A program made the position numbers and the translations under genes. Positions 16,495 through 28,306 of a stretch of 64,000 nucleotides of DNA are shown here, one piece after another. A model generated the notes under the pieces. The model saw only the letters and a list, made by a program, of their open reading frames with translations, did no database searches and was not told the origin of the DNA. This stretch comes from Utricularia gibba (lineage: Eukaryota; Plantae; Magnoliophyta). The DNA lies in NCBI GenBank assembly GCA_002189035.1, contig NEEC01000015.1, forward strand, positions 1 to 64,000. The letters are read 5' to 3'. Within the stretch, counting starts at the first letter, position 1; every line of letters starts with the position of its first letter.

Positions 16495-17622
16495 GCATTT
16501 GATTTCGATCTCGGCCTAGGTCCTGGCCGGCGGCAATCTATGAAGGATCTCAAATATCAGGCGACGACGAATAAACATAATACTTCTGCATCCACCTGGA
16601 ATCAACGTTCCAGCAAGCCAGCGTGGACTCATCAGCCTGTCATATCGGTTGAGTCAGGCATGAAGGGCTCTCTTTCCTCTGTCAGCGATTGCAGGGGATA
16701 TATGTGGGAAGACCTGGAATTCCTCTCCTGAGTACTGTGGGACTTGTGGATAGCAAGAACTCAAATATGTTTGTGATCTGCTAAGCTCTGCAACTGGCCG
16801 GAAGAAGAACGGAAATGGTCTACCACTTGAAAACATAGCAACCATTGCGGGGCAGACTCGTTCTCCATGGGATCCTTCGCCGCCTCGTTGCCTAAATCCA
16901 TCGATTCAGTTACTCCAGGCATTCAGTCATCACTACAGAAATCAGTGCCAAATGATTTTGATTCACTGTTTTCTTCAGCTCCCAAAAGTGGAGCTACAAG
17001 AATGGAAGAAGTTACATTCCAGAGGTTTTCAGATGATTGGGGAATAAACTCAGATTTTCCTGGAGGGAATCATACGAATGTAGCCACTGGCATAGAAGGA
17101 CCTTCTTCCTCTCCAGTGGGGACAGTTTGCTGACGCTATCAAATGGTTATCTTGAGCGTTTATTCTTCTTGAGAAAACCGGTGATTTAAATGGACTGACT
17201 GAGGTTTTGATGAGCAGGGCTTCATGCTACAAGGGAAGTGGGGAATACGAGAAGGCCGTGGCTGACTGTATCAAGGTAAAAATGCCTTCAAATGACCGCT
17301 TGTTCTACGATTATGGCTACTTTCTGATAGGCTGGCGACGTGCAACAAAAGTTGCCTTTCTTTGGAGAAATTTCATGTTTGTCGTGTTGCTTCGCAAGGA
17401 GTATTTATTGCTAAATCTCATGGCATGGAATTGGGGGATATTGTTTGCAGGTTCTGGAACAGGATAGTAAAAATGTAACTGTCCTGGTTCAACACGCTCT
17501 TCTATATGAGCATGGAGAAATACAAGCTTGAAGCTGAGGATCTCATAACCGTCATGCAACTTGGTCCTAGTAACCGTGTTGCAAGAAGCACAAGTCGTCG
17601 CTTGGCGAAGCTGGCCGAGTAG
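16472..17622 (+). pseudogene. Pseudogene of a C-terminal TPR protein (At3g16760-like)
   Basis: Recognisable blocks AFDFDLGLG, KPAWTHQP, GQFADAIKWLS*AFILLEK (TGA for Trp at 17153-17155), SRASCYK..EYEKAVADCIK|VLEQDSKNVTVLVQHALLYE, MEKYKL..EDL. Several frameshifts and an internal deletion. Confidence 0.85.
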
Positions 17623-17974
17623 GTCTTCTCCGACTATATTTCATTTACAACCTGCATGGCTTATATTCACAACGTTCCCATTTCATCTGATATTTCCCAA
17701 AATCTTCGTTACTATTTCCCGTGTGAATCGGGATGTTTCATTGCCCCGTCTCTCGTTTTGCTTCGTGTATCATCCGTTAATACAATAACGGCTCAATCAA
17801 AAAGCGATTTGCATATGAATAGTCACCGACATTTCTCTGAATGATAAAATTACAAGACGCCAAAACTATCATTTTTCTTGCAACCACATCCAATTGAAAC
17901 AAAGTATACACGTAGACACAGATGCGACGGCCTTGTCATTCACTGCTCCATGGGCAGCATTTGATAATCGTCCA

Positions 17975-20900
17975 TCACTTTTTTTGTCCTTTGACCGTAC
18001 CCTCTGTCTGGGGGTGAGCGAGGTAACCCCCATCTACTAATGGTTGCAACTCGCCTTTGGCCAACTCATTCACAGCAGAATTCGAGGATTCCAAGTACGC
18101 ATTGATGACCTTGGAACTGACAAGAAGCACAGAAAGAAAGTTACCATGAAGGCCGGCTAGAAATCCGGAAGACTGCAAGCCATATCATCTTACCTATGGC
18201 CTTTGCACCAGAAAGCACATTTTCCTCTCAGAGCTTTATCCCATAAAATCGAAGCAAAGTCGGGGCATTCCAGAATAAGTTTACGGATGGCTCTGCTTGA
18301 ATGGAACTGCTCCAAAATATGCTCTTCAGCTGCTTCATCCGACTTTGGAATGGCGGCCATGGATGCTATAGCTTCATGCAATCCACACAATTTCTCGCCC
18401 AGTGTAGGAAGAAGGACACCGTCAGCACCTCCACGAGCAACCTGATTATCAATCCAAAAAGTAGAGTTACCAGCATAAAATTCAGCCTCTGAAGAACCAA
18501 ATACTTAACCAATCAATTGCAGAACGCATTAAAAGAATGTAAATGCAAGAAACTTTAGCCGCTATAATATAAAAAACAGCGGTTGACATCACCCCTAGCC
18601 CCACCCCCACCAGCCCTAAAACAGGAATAAAATAGAAAGTAAACATAACAAGGATCCTGACATTTAAAATACCCAGGGAATTGGAGCATACCTCGAATAT
18701 AACTTCCTTTCCATAATTTGATCTGAGTAAGCTGTGAACCATCTCACAGCAGGCATCAACAAGTTTCTGGGAATAATGAAAAATTAGCCAGTTTTACCAC
18801 AAACTAGAAGCAAAACAACATATTTTAAAGGATGCAGGACAAACATCAGCTAGACCACTCTTGACCAGCAACTCTTGCCTACGAATAGGGGATTCTTTCT
18901 TCCCAAGCTCATTGACTTGGATGCCTATGACTGAAGAATCACCCTTGGAAGGAATCCTATTTTCCACATCTCCAACGACTTCTGATTCGTTCTGACCAAA
19001 AGAGCAAATATGCAATGAGAAAAATCTAAAAGCAGTGGATATAGATGGTTGAGATCCAAATGGATAGCAAGAGAAATATGAAAACAAGACCATTTTGCTG
19101 AGAGAAGGAATGGAGAAGCTCAAAGATTCTAAATCATCAGGGCCAAAGTATCGGGAACAATCGGGATGAAGAAGATGGAGAAAAGGACGCCTTCCGTTCT
19201 GCAAAACCAAAAACTCAATATTCATTCCGAACATTTTTTAAGCCTTGGATTAGTATTCTTTTTCGAAATGAAAGAAGCAAAATACTACAATTCTGGCATT
19301 AAGGTGTGTTCATTAAGCAGGAAAGTTGTAAACATACAGAATTTGGAAGAACAATATCCAGCCACATTAAAATTCAAGAACCTGATCCACAAGAAGTTCC
19401 TTCAAGTCTTTTTCAAGCTCCCGCATGATAACCTATGGAAATAACAACACAATAGTCAGCGTACTGGGCAATGCACCAAATACTCTTTACCTAAAACACA
19501 CCCTCTTACCTTTGAGACAAGTTTTGTGTCATCAACAACTGAAAATACGCACACCAGCACCTATAAGTCATTAGTTGAGGATTCAGCAATATTAAAGCTG
19601 TTTTTTGAGCTAAGCAACACGGTCATTCTGAATATTTTTCACATAAACAGCCAAGAACGTAAAAATAAAGAAATGACTAGCAAATGATACCATACTCCCA
19701 TACTTGTCCCGAGCTATTTTGCTAACATGGCCCTTCATGCCTTTGATAATTTTCTTCCGTTCCTAGTTGGGTACAGAATTCATGACTTTCCAAGGATAAG
19801 TTCAAAGTTCAAAAAAAGAAGACTAACTATATAGATAGAACCATATAAAATTTCCAACAGAAGAAAGATCCTTCGATTAACCTTTGCACTTCCGTGTCTA
19901 ATACACAGTATAGCTAATCTACATCCATCTTTTGTGTGAATCATTCGAACAATGGAAGAACCTGGGAGCTGTTGCATTATTTCTGCAGCAGAAGTCTTCA
20001 AAATATTCTATTTAGGCCAAGAGACGAATGGATAAAGTACAACTTCTTCAAAAGAATTTCCAGGCGCAAAAAATACCTGATCTGCAATGCTCAAGTACTC
20101 AATTAATGCCCTATGAACAATGGAATGGTCTAATATCCCCTTCTCAATTATTGGTTGAAGAACAGATGACATGTGGCGTGCAACAGACGACCGTTGCAAC
20201 TGAAGCTTTGATATTACATCTTGCAAACTGAGAAGATATTCATAAATTGTAATTGCCAGAGTACCACATGGATTCCTCAACATTAAGAAACATAATACCT
20301 TTTCTCTTTCATCACAGGCGAATCTTTGAATAACTGAAGCTCTGGTGAGAAAAGTTCAAAGAGAAGAGCATGCTTCTGATTTCCATTCCCTAGGTTATAT
20401 GCATGCTCAATGACTGCAAACAATTATCCGAATCATTTATTGATTGATAGCTGGTAAAGCAATTCAAGAATCTAGATGCAATGTGAGAGCCATTGCCATA
20501 CACACTCCATTGTCTAAAGTTCTGAACTTGTTCCGCATTTTTAGGAAATTTCAGATTTTATTAACTCACAAATACGGATGAATAGCTATAAAGTTTTATT
20601 GAGCAACAAAAAAATAATTCATACCTAGTGAGCCAACCATGTGTCGGAGAAGTGATGCAACATGACCATGAAGAGAGGAAATAAATTCTGCCAACAGCTC
20701 CTTTGGTGCTGGTAATGAAAATATATCAGTATAAGCAACTTTATGCACAACTAATTTGTAATCAAACCACCATTCAAGAATATAAGCAATATGTATGATC
20801 ATATCACTGTGGTACTAAGACAGCAACAGGAATGCGTACCATGATCCAGCATTTTAGTAACTAGATGGACTGCATACGTATTGCTTGCAAGAAGAATAAA

Positions 20901-22021
20901 ATTTGGACGAAGCTCCGTAAAGACAGAATGCTTTTCTTCTGGTGTACAATGCTTCACACAAGTCTGAAAATGAGTACAATTCAGCAACTTGTCTTGAAAT
21001 AGGGGAGTCAGATCATATAATCAGCATACAATAACAGGATAGAAAAGCAGAAGAACGATACCTGAAGAACACGAGAAGACACGTGTGAACATGCAATTTC
21101 AGATATCTTTCCCTTCATTTTGTTAAGTGCTTCACTTACTAACCTGTTAAAGGCAAATCCCGCTTACATTCTTCCTTCTTTTAGAGGAGGGGAGGGGTGG
21201 CATCAATCAAGGAAACCCTGGAAACTAATATACGACTAGTAAAGGTCTCAAGCGTCTACAAAAAAACATGCCTTGATCTGTCTTCTTTTGAAATGTTTCG
21301 ACGACGCATCCTCTCCCACAGCAAAGCAAGTTCCTAACAACCCCACATACGTAACTTTAGGCATCTGATACACACACATGCAAGTATTTAATACTCAAAA
21401 TCTGATATATTGTGCGAATTGAGATTAGCCATCTTCACAAACACTGATAAACAGACTAGCATAACTTCAACTGTAAACTAAAATCCACACAGAACTTTGA
21501 AAACCAAAAATAAACAAGAAATTGTAGCTCAATAAAATAAGGTAAAGAGATAACCTGTTCCAATGAGTAATGCTTTTTCCTCTTTTTTTTCCTAGCTTCC
21601 GCCAGCTCCTGAAAATGATATCAAACAACCGTAAGAAATTAAGCGGTGAATGGACACCCAGAAAATAAATTCTGCTGAGAAGGAACTTTGTCACCTCAAA
21701 AAGCGCGGCCTTCTTTCATCCATAAAAAATATAAAAACACAAGGAGCAATGACTGAAAGATCGAACCTTTGAACGTAAACGACCTAGCTTCTTAGCGCCC
21801 TCCACCTCATCTTGTTTCTTGCCGTGCGTCTGTGAGTCCTTTTTCTGAATATTAGGCACATTCTTCGTGTACACGCATCTGGAATCGCTGGAAGTAGATT
21901 GACTGTTGGTCGGATTGAAGTTTAATTTACGCTTCTTTGAAATAAATCCTCTTCCCTCAGATTCCTGCTTATGGAGTCTCCTCTTACTCGATTCTCTGCC
22001 TTTCTGGTTCACCGCCGCCAT
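17975..22021 (-). CDS. PUM24: Pumilio homolog 24 (Puf6/PUM3 family, CPL domain), ~17 exons
   Basis: Exons trace in frame: ELAEARKKKRKKHY, HVSSRVLQTCVKH, HMVGSLVIEHAY, LEQFHSSRAIRKLILEC, ALRGKCAFWCKGHS. One intron (21144-21271) has a GC donor. Confidence 0.95.
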
Positions 22022-22462
22022 TGATGGGCGTGATTTGATTTTGCGTTCCTCCCAGAGCGACGGTATCCAAAATATATATAGGGATTACATTGCTTAGCTG
22101 CCGGGCTTCCTGCGAAGCTGCCCAGGGCATAACTGGGCTCATGGACCATTCCTTTAAGGAGGGCCGTGTCTTTCGGACAAGGGCCGAGGGTCATTTGAAA
22201 TAACTTGATTTGGGGGTTCTCTGTAAATTACTTCCGGTTTCTGTTTTGCTTTTTGCGCCAAGCCGCAGCGGCTTGAATATGTCCATCAATGTCCCCGATG
22301 GCGATATTGCCGACCAACATAAACCCCCTAAAACCTTTTAGGGCATGTTTGGTAATTTGAATTAAAGTTATTGGAAATATTGGATGAATTTATAACCTAA
22401 GCCATCTATCTGAATATGTTCATCCTCCTCACAACTCCAAGGTCCAATATCCATGTGCTTCC

Positions 22463-22915
22463 TGTTGGGCTCAGCTAAGTAGTTCGTATTGGGCCAGAAT
22501 TACCTAGCTGAGACCCAAGTCAAGCTGATCCAAGACAGCAAGGTCCAAGTCAAACTACATGTTCTCAACTAACCGGAAATGGAGGGATAAGAAATTGTAA
22601 TAGACCCATGACCACGAAGGGGAGGGAGATAAGACAGCAGGGTTCTGGTTTTTTTGTTTAAATCACCGTTACGTAGATGAAGCAGATGAGAGCTTTGGTT
22701 TTCTCTTCTAGATTGCACATTGAAGAGCAACTAGATAGGGGTTTCTTCTTGCTGATCATATCTTGTATTGTGTATACAACACCTCTTTTAGTGGATTCCC
22801 GTAGTTCGGGGGGTGTGGCCCGAACCCAGGTTTTTCCCTTTACGGGTTTTCCTGGCTAAAAAGTTCTGGTGCATTTGTTTGATTCTGCATACACAAAACT
22901 GCACAAATCCCTACA
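22463..22915 (+). mobile_element. Solo LTR (453 bp) of an LTR retrotransposon
   Basis: TGTTG...CTACA termini with identical 5-bp flanks CTTCC (22458-22462, 22916-22920). Internal gtagttc...gccc-gaacc...gggttttcc block resembles plant LTRs. No internal coding region. Confidence 0.85.
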
Positions 22916-23844
22916 CTTCCTAGCCTAACCTCTAAATAGAAGCAGCACTTGTGAGCAGGTAAAAGCCTAAAAGCAGCAAGAAAACGTGCAGCAAATACCA
23001 ACATCATATTTTAATCGAACAGAGCACAGCACGAAACAGAAACTGTCACCCCAACTTTTCCAATACAACCGAAATTACATCCAAGAGGCTCCTCTCCACG
23101 AAAGCAATCTAAATTTCAGGGTTCAAAACTGAAGCTCAAAAGAGCCCACAGGGAGAGAATTGCATCACATGCTAAGAAGGGCCGGCCGGATAAAATGAGA
23201 CATTCCAACCCGAATCAGGTCAAGAACTTCTACGATGAACAAACATAAACAGAACAACAGAACCTAGACAAAGAAAGTGGAAAGCCCATATAAAAACACT
23301 ACCTAGACAGACATCGGAAAGACACAAAAGACAGAAGCTTACCGTTTTCAGGCAAGCAAGCTCCACGGCAGCATCTGAGGCCGCATCCAGCCGTGAAACG
23401 TCAAGAAATCATAGAATGATTCCAGGGTATACGAAGGCACTTCAGGGTGCGAAGGCGAAGGTGGCTTGACAAAGGACCTCGGCTTCTGCGACCATAATTG
23501 CTTTCCTTTACTGAAAGACTTTCCAGAATCAAAACGATATCGCGGATGGCTTACTATCATAGACCTCAGATTTGTGTTACCGTGGACGACGGAGGGGAGA
23601 GAATTAGTAGTCCACGCTTGAAATCATCACGTCGGTTGGGTCCCGAAAGCCTCTTTGTCGACTAGGGATTCCAGCTACACAGGATCATATTACCAGGTAC
23701 GCAATACTAATATATATTCGTTTTGTTTTTCTAGGCCGTTGATTTTCGTGGTTGTGTTGCGCCACTTGAGCGAACGTCTGCCCTTCCCTCAATCGATGTT
23801 ATTCGCCCTCCGTTTTCTCTGTGCGAAGGACGGTTGCTGCTTCT

Positions 23845-25727
23845 ATGGCGGTCAAGAAGGTTCTGCAGGGAATCTCCAAGGGGATGCTGGAAGAAGTCCA
23901 CCGATTTGGGGCCATGAAACAAAATGGCGTCAGCCTTCGCTATATGTTGGAATTCGGCTCCCGGCCTACCCCCGGAATCTTCTGATTGCTTCACAGTTTC
24001 TTCACAAGGAGTTGCCCATCAGGATCGCGCGACGTGCTATTGAACTCGAATCTCTCCCTTATGGCTTGTCCCAAAAGTCCGCCGTTTTGAAGGTCTTGTC
24101 AATTTTTTTCCGGAATTAATGGCCCTGGATTCTTCCTTCTAGCATGTGATGTGTTCATATTTGTAGTACAACAGAAAGGGCGAGGGTGCCTACTTTTCTT
24201 CCTGGGTAGATGGATGGCCTTGGATTTCCTTCGTTCTAGCATGTAATTTTGACACGCTGAAGATAGTTAATTTGCTGCTCTTATTGTAATTTTTATGTCT
24301 TTTTCTTTCTTTCTCTCTCTGAACAGTCTGGTCAGTTGAATTGATGCATTTCCTGCTTCTTCATTAGCTAATGCGTGTGTAAAGGTAGCTGAATCCTCTT
24401 AATGGGAAGGGAGTAGGATAGTTTAAGGATAGCTGCCTGCATGTATCTGAATTCTTGCCGCATGATATTTCTTGTACAGGTGAAAGACTGGTACTTGGAA
24501 TCCTTCCGCGAGCTTAGGAGCTTTCCGGATATTAAAGATAATGCTGACGAGCTGGAATTCACAGAGATGATTAAAAGGATTAAAGTTAGACATAATAACG
24601 TGGTTCCTATGATGGCCTTAGGAGTTCAGCAGTTGAAGAAGGATCTCAATCCCAAACTTGTTTATGGAGACTTGAGTGAAATTCATGAGTTTTTAGATCG
24701 ATTTTATATGTCCAGAATTGGGATTCGCATGCTCATCGGTTTCTCCCTTTTCCACTTCTACACTGCCATAAATGCCTTACATTTCTTGTGTGGCTGGAAG
24801 TTGCATGCTTCTCATTAGCATAACAATGGTATGCTAAACTAGTATTTTCTTGTGAACTCAGGGCAACATGTTGCGTTGCACGATCCAAATCCGCCCCCTG
24901 ATTGTGTAGGGTATATCCATACAAAAATGTCACCGGTGGAGGTTGCAAGATCTGCGAGTGAAGATGCTCGGGCTATTTGCCTGCGTCGATATGGAAGTTC
25001 GCCCGACGTTCGTATTTATGGCGATCCCGAGTTCACGTTTCCGTGAGTGATATATTACTTGTTTTTTCTCCTTTGTTATTGCAGCTTCCGTGGTCGTGGC
25101 TTATGTTACTTCCATTATGGGCAGTTATGTGCCTTCACACTTGCATTTAATGGTGTATGAGTTGGTTAAAAACTCACTTCGAGCTGTTGAAGAAAAATTT
25201 ATGAACTCGGACAAGGTTACTCCTCCTGTCCGGATTATAGTTGCCGATGGGCTGGAGGATGTCACCATAAAGGCTGGCTTTCGCATCAACCCTTCCCGTC
25301 ACATTTCTTTTCTGCAATGTAAACTAGTTTTTAAATCCCAACTTTTGTTTCTGTTGTAGATATCTGACGAAGGGGGTGGCATTCCTAGAAGTGGCCTTCC
25401 GAGGATCTTCACTTACCTCTACAGTACAGCAAATAACCCTCTGAATGAAGTCTCTGAAGATGACATCGAAACATCCATGACAATGGCTGGTTATGGATAT
25501 GGCCTTCCCATAAGCCGCTTGTATGCAAGATATTTTGGTGGGGATCTGCAGATTATATCCATGGAAGGATATGGTAACTTGATCCTCCCGAATCCTCACA
25601 CTTTCGGGAGGGACTCGTAACCCTTTTCCCCTGCGGCTGCGTCGCTCAGTTTTTGCTTGTGGTTGCAGGTACAGATGCTTACCTTCATTTGTCGAGGCTG
25701 GGAGACTCCAAGGAGCCGCTTCCTTGA
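23845..25727 (+). CDS. PDK: Mitochondrial pyruvate dehydrogenase kinase, 6 exons
   Basis: [99 protein letters not shown]. One C missing at 23969-23973 (likely error). GC-AG intron 25273-25359. Confidence 0.97.
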
Positions 25728-26565
25728 AATATTCAAGGCGATCCAGGCGTGCTAGTTGCCCCCACCCTGTATGGGGTTGTTTCACGACCCATCCATCACC
25801 GAGATAAAATAAAAGGAAAGACGCAGGTTTGTTGTGAACAGCCGCCGTGTCCTGGTCTTCCTTCCCGGAGAGTGTCACAATTCGTACCTCATTTCTGATG
25901 TCTCAAATCTCATGGAGCCTAGGCATTTTTTCAGCGTTCCATCTACAATTGAGAGTGGAGGGTACCCACGACAGGCCTTGACAGGCGAAAAGCAGAAGCA
26001 CAGCCGAGAAGAGTGACCAGGTGGCACCTGATCTTAGGCTTGGGTATAATGGTATCAAGAAACACAAAGACCCATCCTTTCCTGAAATCCTTCCCCTGAA
26101 GCCAGGGGTTGGATTGCATTGGGGTTTTTAGCCATGTTTGAAATTTGAATCATTGAATTTTGATTTAAAAAATCATTTGGATTGCCAGTTTTATGACGAA
26201 GAAACTGCTACTGACTGGCATGTCCTAACGGCATTTGATGTCCACTTCCTTCGACCGTCCTCCTCTTTGGCTTATCAATCAAATGAATGATTCTACCTCT
26301 CCCCTGCGCAGCCCTGTTGCTTCACATTTTTGAATTTGAAATTTTGCCGGCTGCTGGTGCGGATTTGGGATTTGGACACTGGGAAAAGATGGAAAGAAAG
26401 GGACTCATATTTGGCTGGGTTTTGTTCTGTTTTGAAGGAAGTTTCTGTAATCGTATCTGTATTGTTCATTTGTTTGTATGCTAGCACTTCCCTTGGTTGT
26501 TCAATTGTTTTATACAGGCATACCAGGGCACCCAAACAACAACGAGGCTACTTGTCAAGAGGCAA

Positions 26566-27300
26566 CTAATCCCTTCGTCGATGTCGTCTTCTCTTTCTTC
26601 CATTGCTGGTCTCTGCAATGGTTTCCAGCTTGGGTCTCCAAGTGGGGCGCATCCCCACGAGCAGGTCGTGTTCCCGCCGTAAACGTGGAGTCGTGCAAAT
26701 TCTGGTGCTCGATAACACCTCTTCCGCTTGTTCGCTGCTGGTATCAATGCTCTCCTTGATCCGCAGCTTTCCAGAAGGTGTCAGCTCCACCTGGAAATTT
26801 GGCATACACCGAATGAAGGTGACGAAGGAGACGGCGGACTGGGAGAAGACTGCCGGCAGGAGAAAGTAGCATTGCCCCTTCCGAAGACGGTGGTCGCCGG
26901 GAAGGGCAGGGGCTTTTTGGCCTATGAAGAAGCAGTCTGAGAGGCAGACCATGTGCTTGGGGAAATCTTCCATCACCTCCCAAACCTTCACCGCTCGCTC
27001 GTAGATATTAACTCCACCGTCGCAATTTATCAGCCGGATCACGTCACCCGTCTCAGACGGCGGGGGTGCATGCAAGCGATGAGGTGGAACAAAGGACGGG
27101 ATGAAAGGGCGATCCGCATCATCTTCATCTTCTTCAGGTTCATGTTGAAGAGTTGTTGTTTTAGTCGTAGAAGACAGGAGGCGCACAATGCATTGACAGG
27201 CGGAGCACAGTGTAAAAAAACTTGGACTCACATGCGTATATATGCTGCTGATGCATGCATCGGAGAGGGAATGGCATAGCAGACCGTCAACACAAAACAT
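26566..27300 (-). CDS. DUF4228 / PADRE-domain protein (start uncertain)
   Basis: VIRLINCDGGV..YERAVKVWEVMEDFPKHMVCLSDCFFIG..L..GQCYFLLP, C-terminal WRPKLETIAE. The canonical MGN start is not seen. Confidence 0.8.
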   Translation of the reverse strand: MFCVDGLLCHSLSDACISSIYTHVSPSFFTLCSACQCIVRLLSSTTKTTTLQHEPEEDEDDADRPFIPSFVPPHRLHAPPPSETGDVIRLINCDGGVNIYERAVKVWEVMEDFPKHMVCLSDCFFIGQKAPALPGDHRLRKGQCYFLLPAVFSQSAVSFVTFIRCMPNFQVELTPSGKLRIKESIDTSSEQAEEVLSSTRICTTPRLRREHDLLVGMRPTWRPKLETIAETSNGRKRRRHRRRD

Positions 27301-28014
27301 GGTGATAAGTCAGAGCTTGGTCAAATGAAAAGAAAAGAAAACACAAGAATAAGAATAAAAAGCTTCATACAATATAATTAATTGTAGGGAAAATATTCCA
27401 AAATATTATCTTGTTTACAGAATTAATAGTAACTATATTGTTTAAAAATCAAATCAAATTTCATTCATAAATAATGATTAAATTAAATCCCGTCATACCT
27501 AGAATCAGCAAATTCTTATTGAAATTCAATAAAAGTGGCTGGCTTGCACTTTGACTGGTAATGAGGAGCAGCAGCGTCGGATTGTGGACTCAGCAGGCCG
27601 GGGTGGGCCCACTGTGTGCGACTGCTGACGGGCTTTTCCATTCCTTTGGGTTGGGGCACGGACCCGCCCACTCCTTATATTTTACCTACCCACTTGCTAT
27701 TTATTCCTTCGGCTGTCGTACGTCACACGAAAGGGAGGACCGTACATTGTTCTTTTTTGGGCACGGTAAAATATAACTCATGAGTAACGTGTTGTTATTC
27801 ACTTCTTTGGTTTCCCATTCACGAAACCCGGGCTTTTAGATGGCTCTATCACTTGACATTCTTATTTACTTATGTTAGTTTCCCATCGAACAACTCTCGG
27901 CATGGTGTCCTTCCTTAACTCACCCTTACGCCGTGTACCGAGATTGTGATATCTTACCGTTGCTTCGGTTCGGTAACTAACAAATGTGCTCGCTCGCTCG
28001 CTCATTTAATGAAG

Positions 28015-28183
28015 CATCTGGAGATGCCCTGCACATTCATGGCACCAACTCGGTTGTGTCTGAGAGAGTGACAGCGAGAGAGCGAGTGCAGGTAAAAACA
28101 TCTGGAGATGCCCTGCAGATTCATGGCATTAACTCGGTTGTGTCTGAGAGAGTGACAGCGAGAGAGCGAGTGCAGGTAAAAAC
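28015..28183 (+). repeat. Two-copy tandem repeat, 84-bp unit
   Basis: catctggagatgccctgca...gagtgcaggtaaaaa starting at 28015 and 28099, with 3 mismatches. Confidence 0.95.
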
Positions 28184-28214
28184 GATTCATGATTTATCTT
28201 CTTTTCCCAGTATA

Positions 28215-28284
28215 TGCCAAGAATTCACCTGTGTTTACAGTTTTCACTCTGCCAAGAATTCACCTGTGTTTACAGTTTTCACTC
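28215..28284 (+). repeat. Two-copy perfect tandem repeat, 35-bp unit
   Basis: tgccaagaattcacctgtgtttacagttttcactc starting at 28215 and 28250. Confidence 0.95.
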
Positions 28285-28306
28285 CCCAACCCAAAGCCAT
28301 TCCAGC

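Noticed and set aside
26049-26062. tggtatcaag resembling a tRNA-Met primer-binding site
   Set aside because: Not an exact TGGTATCAGAGC match, and no adjacent TG...CA LTR with TSD was found.
28015-28284. Direct repeats as a CRISPR-like array
   Set aside because: Eukaryotic context, only two copies each, and no unique spacers.
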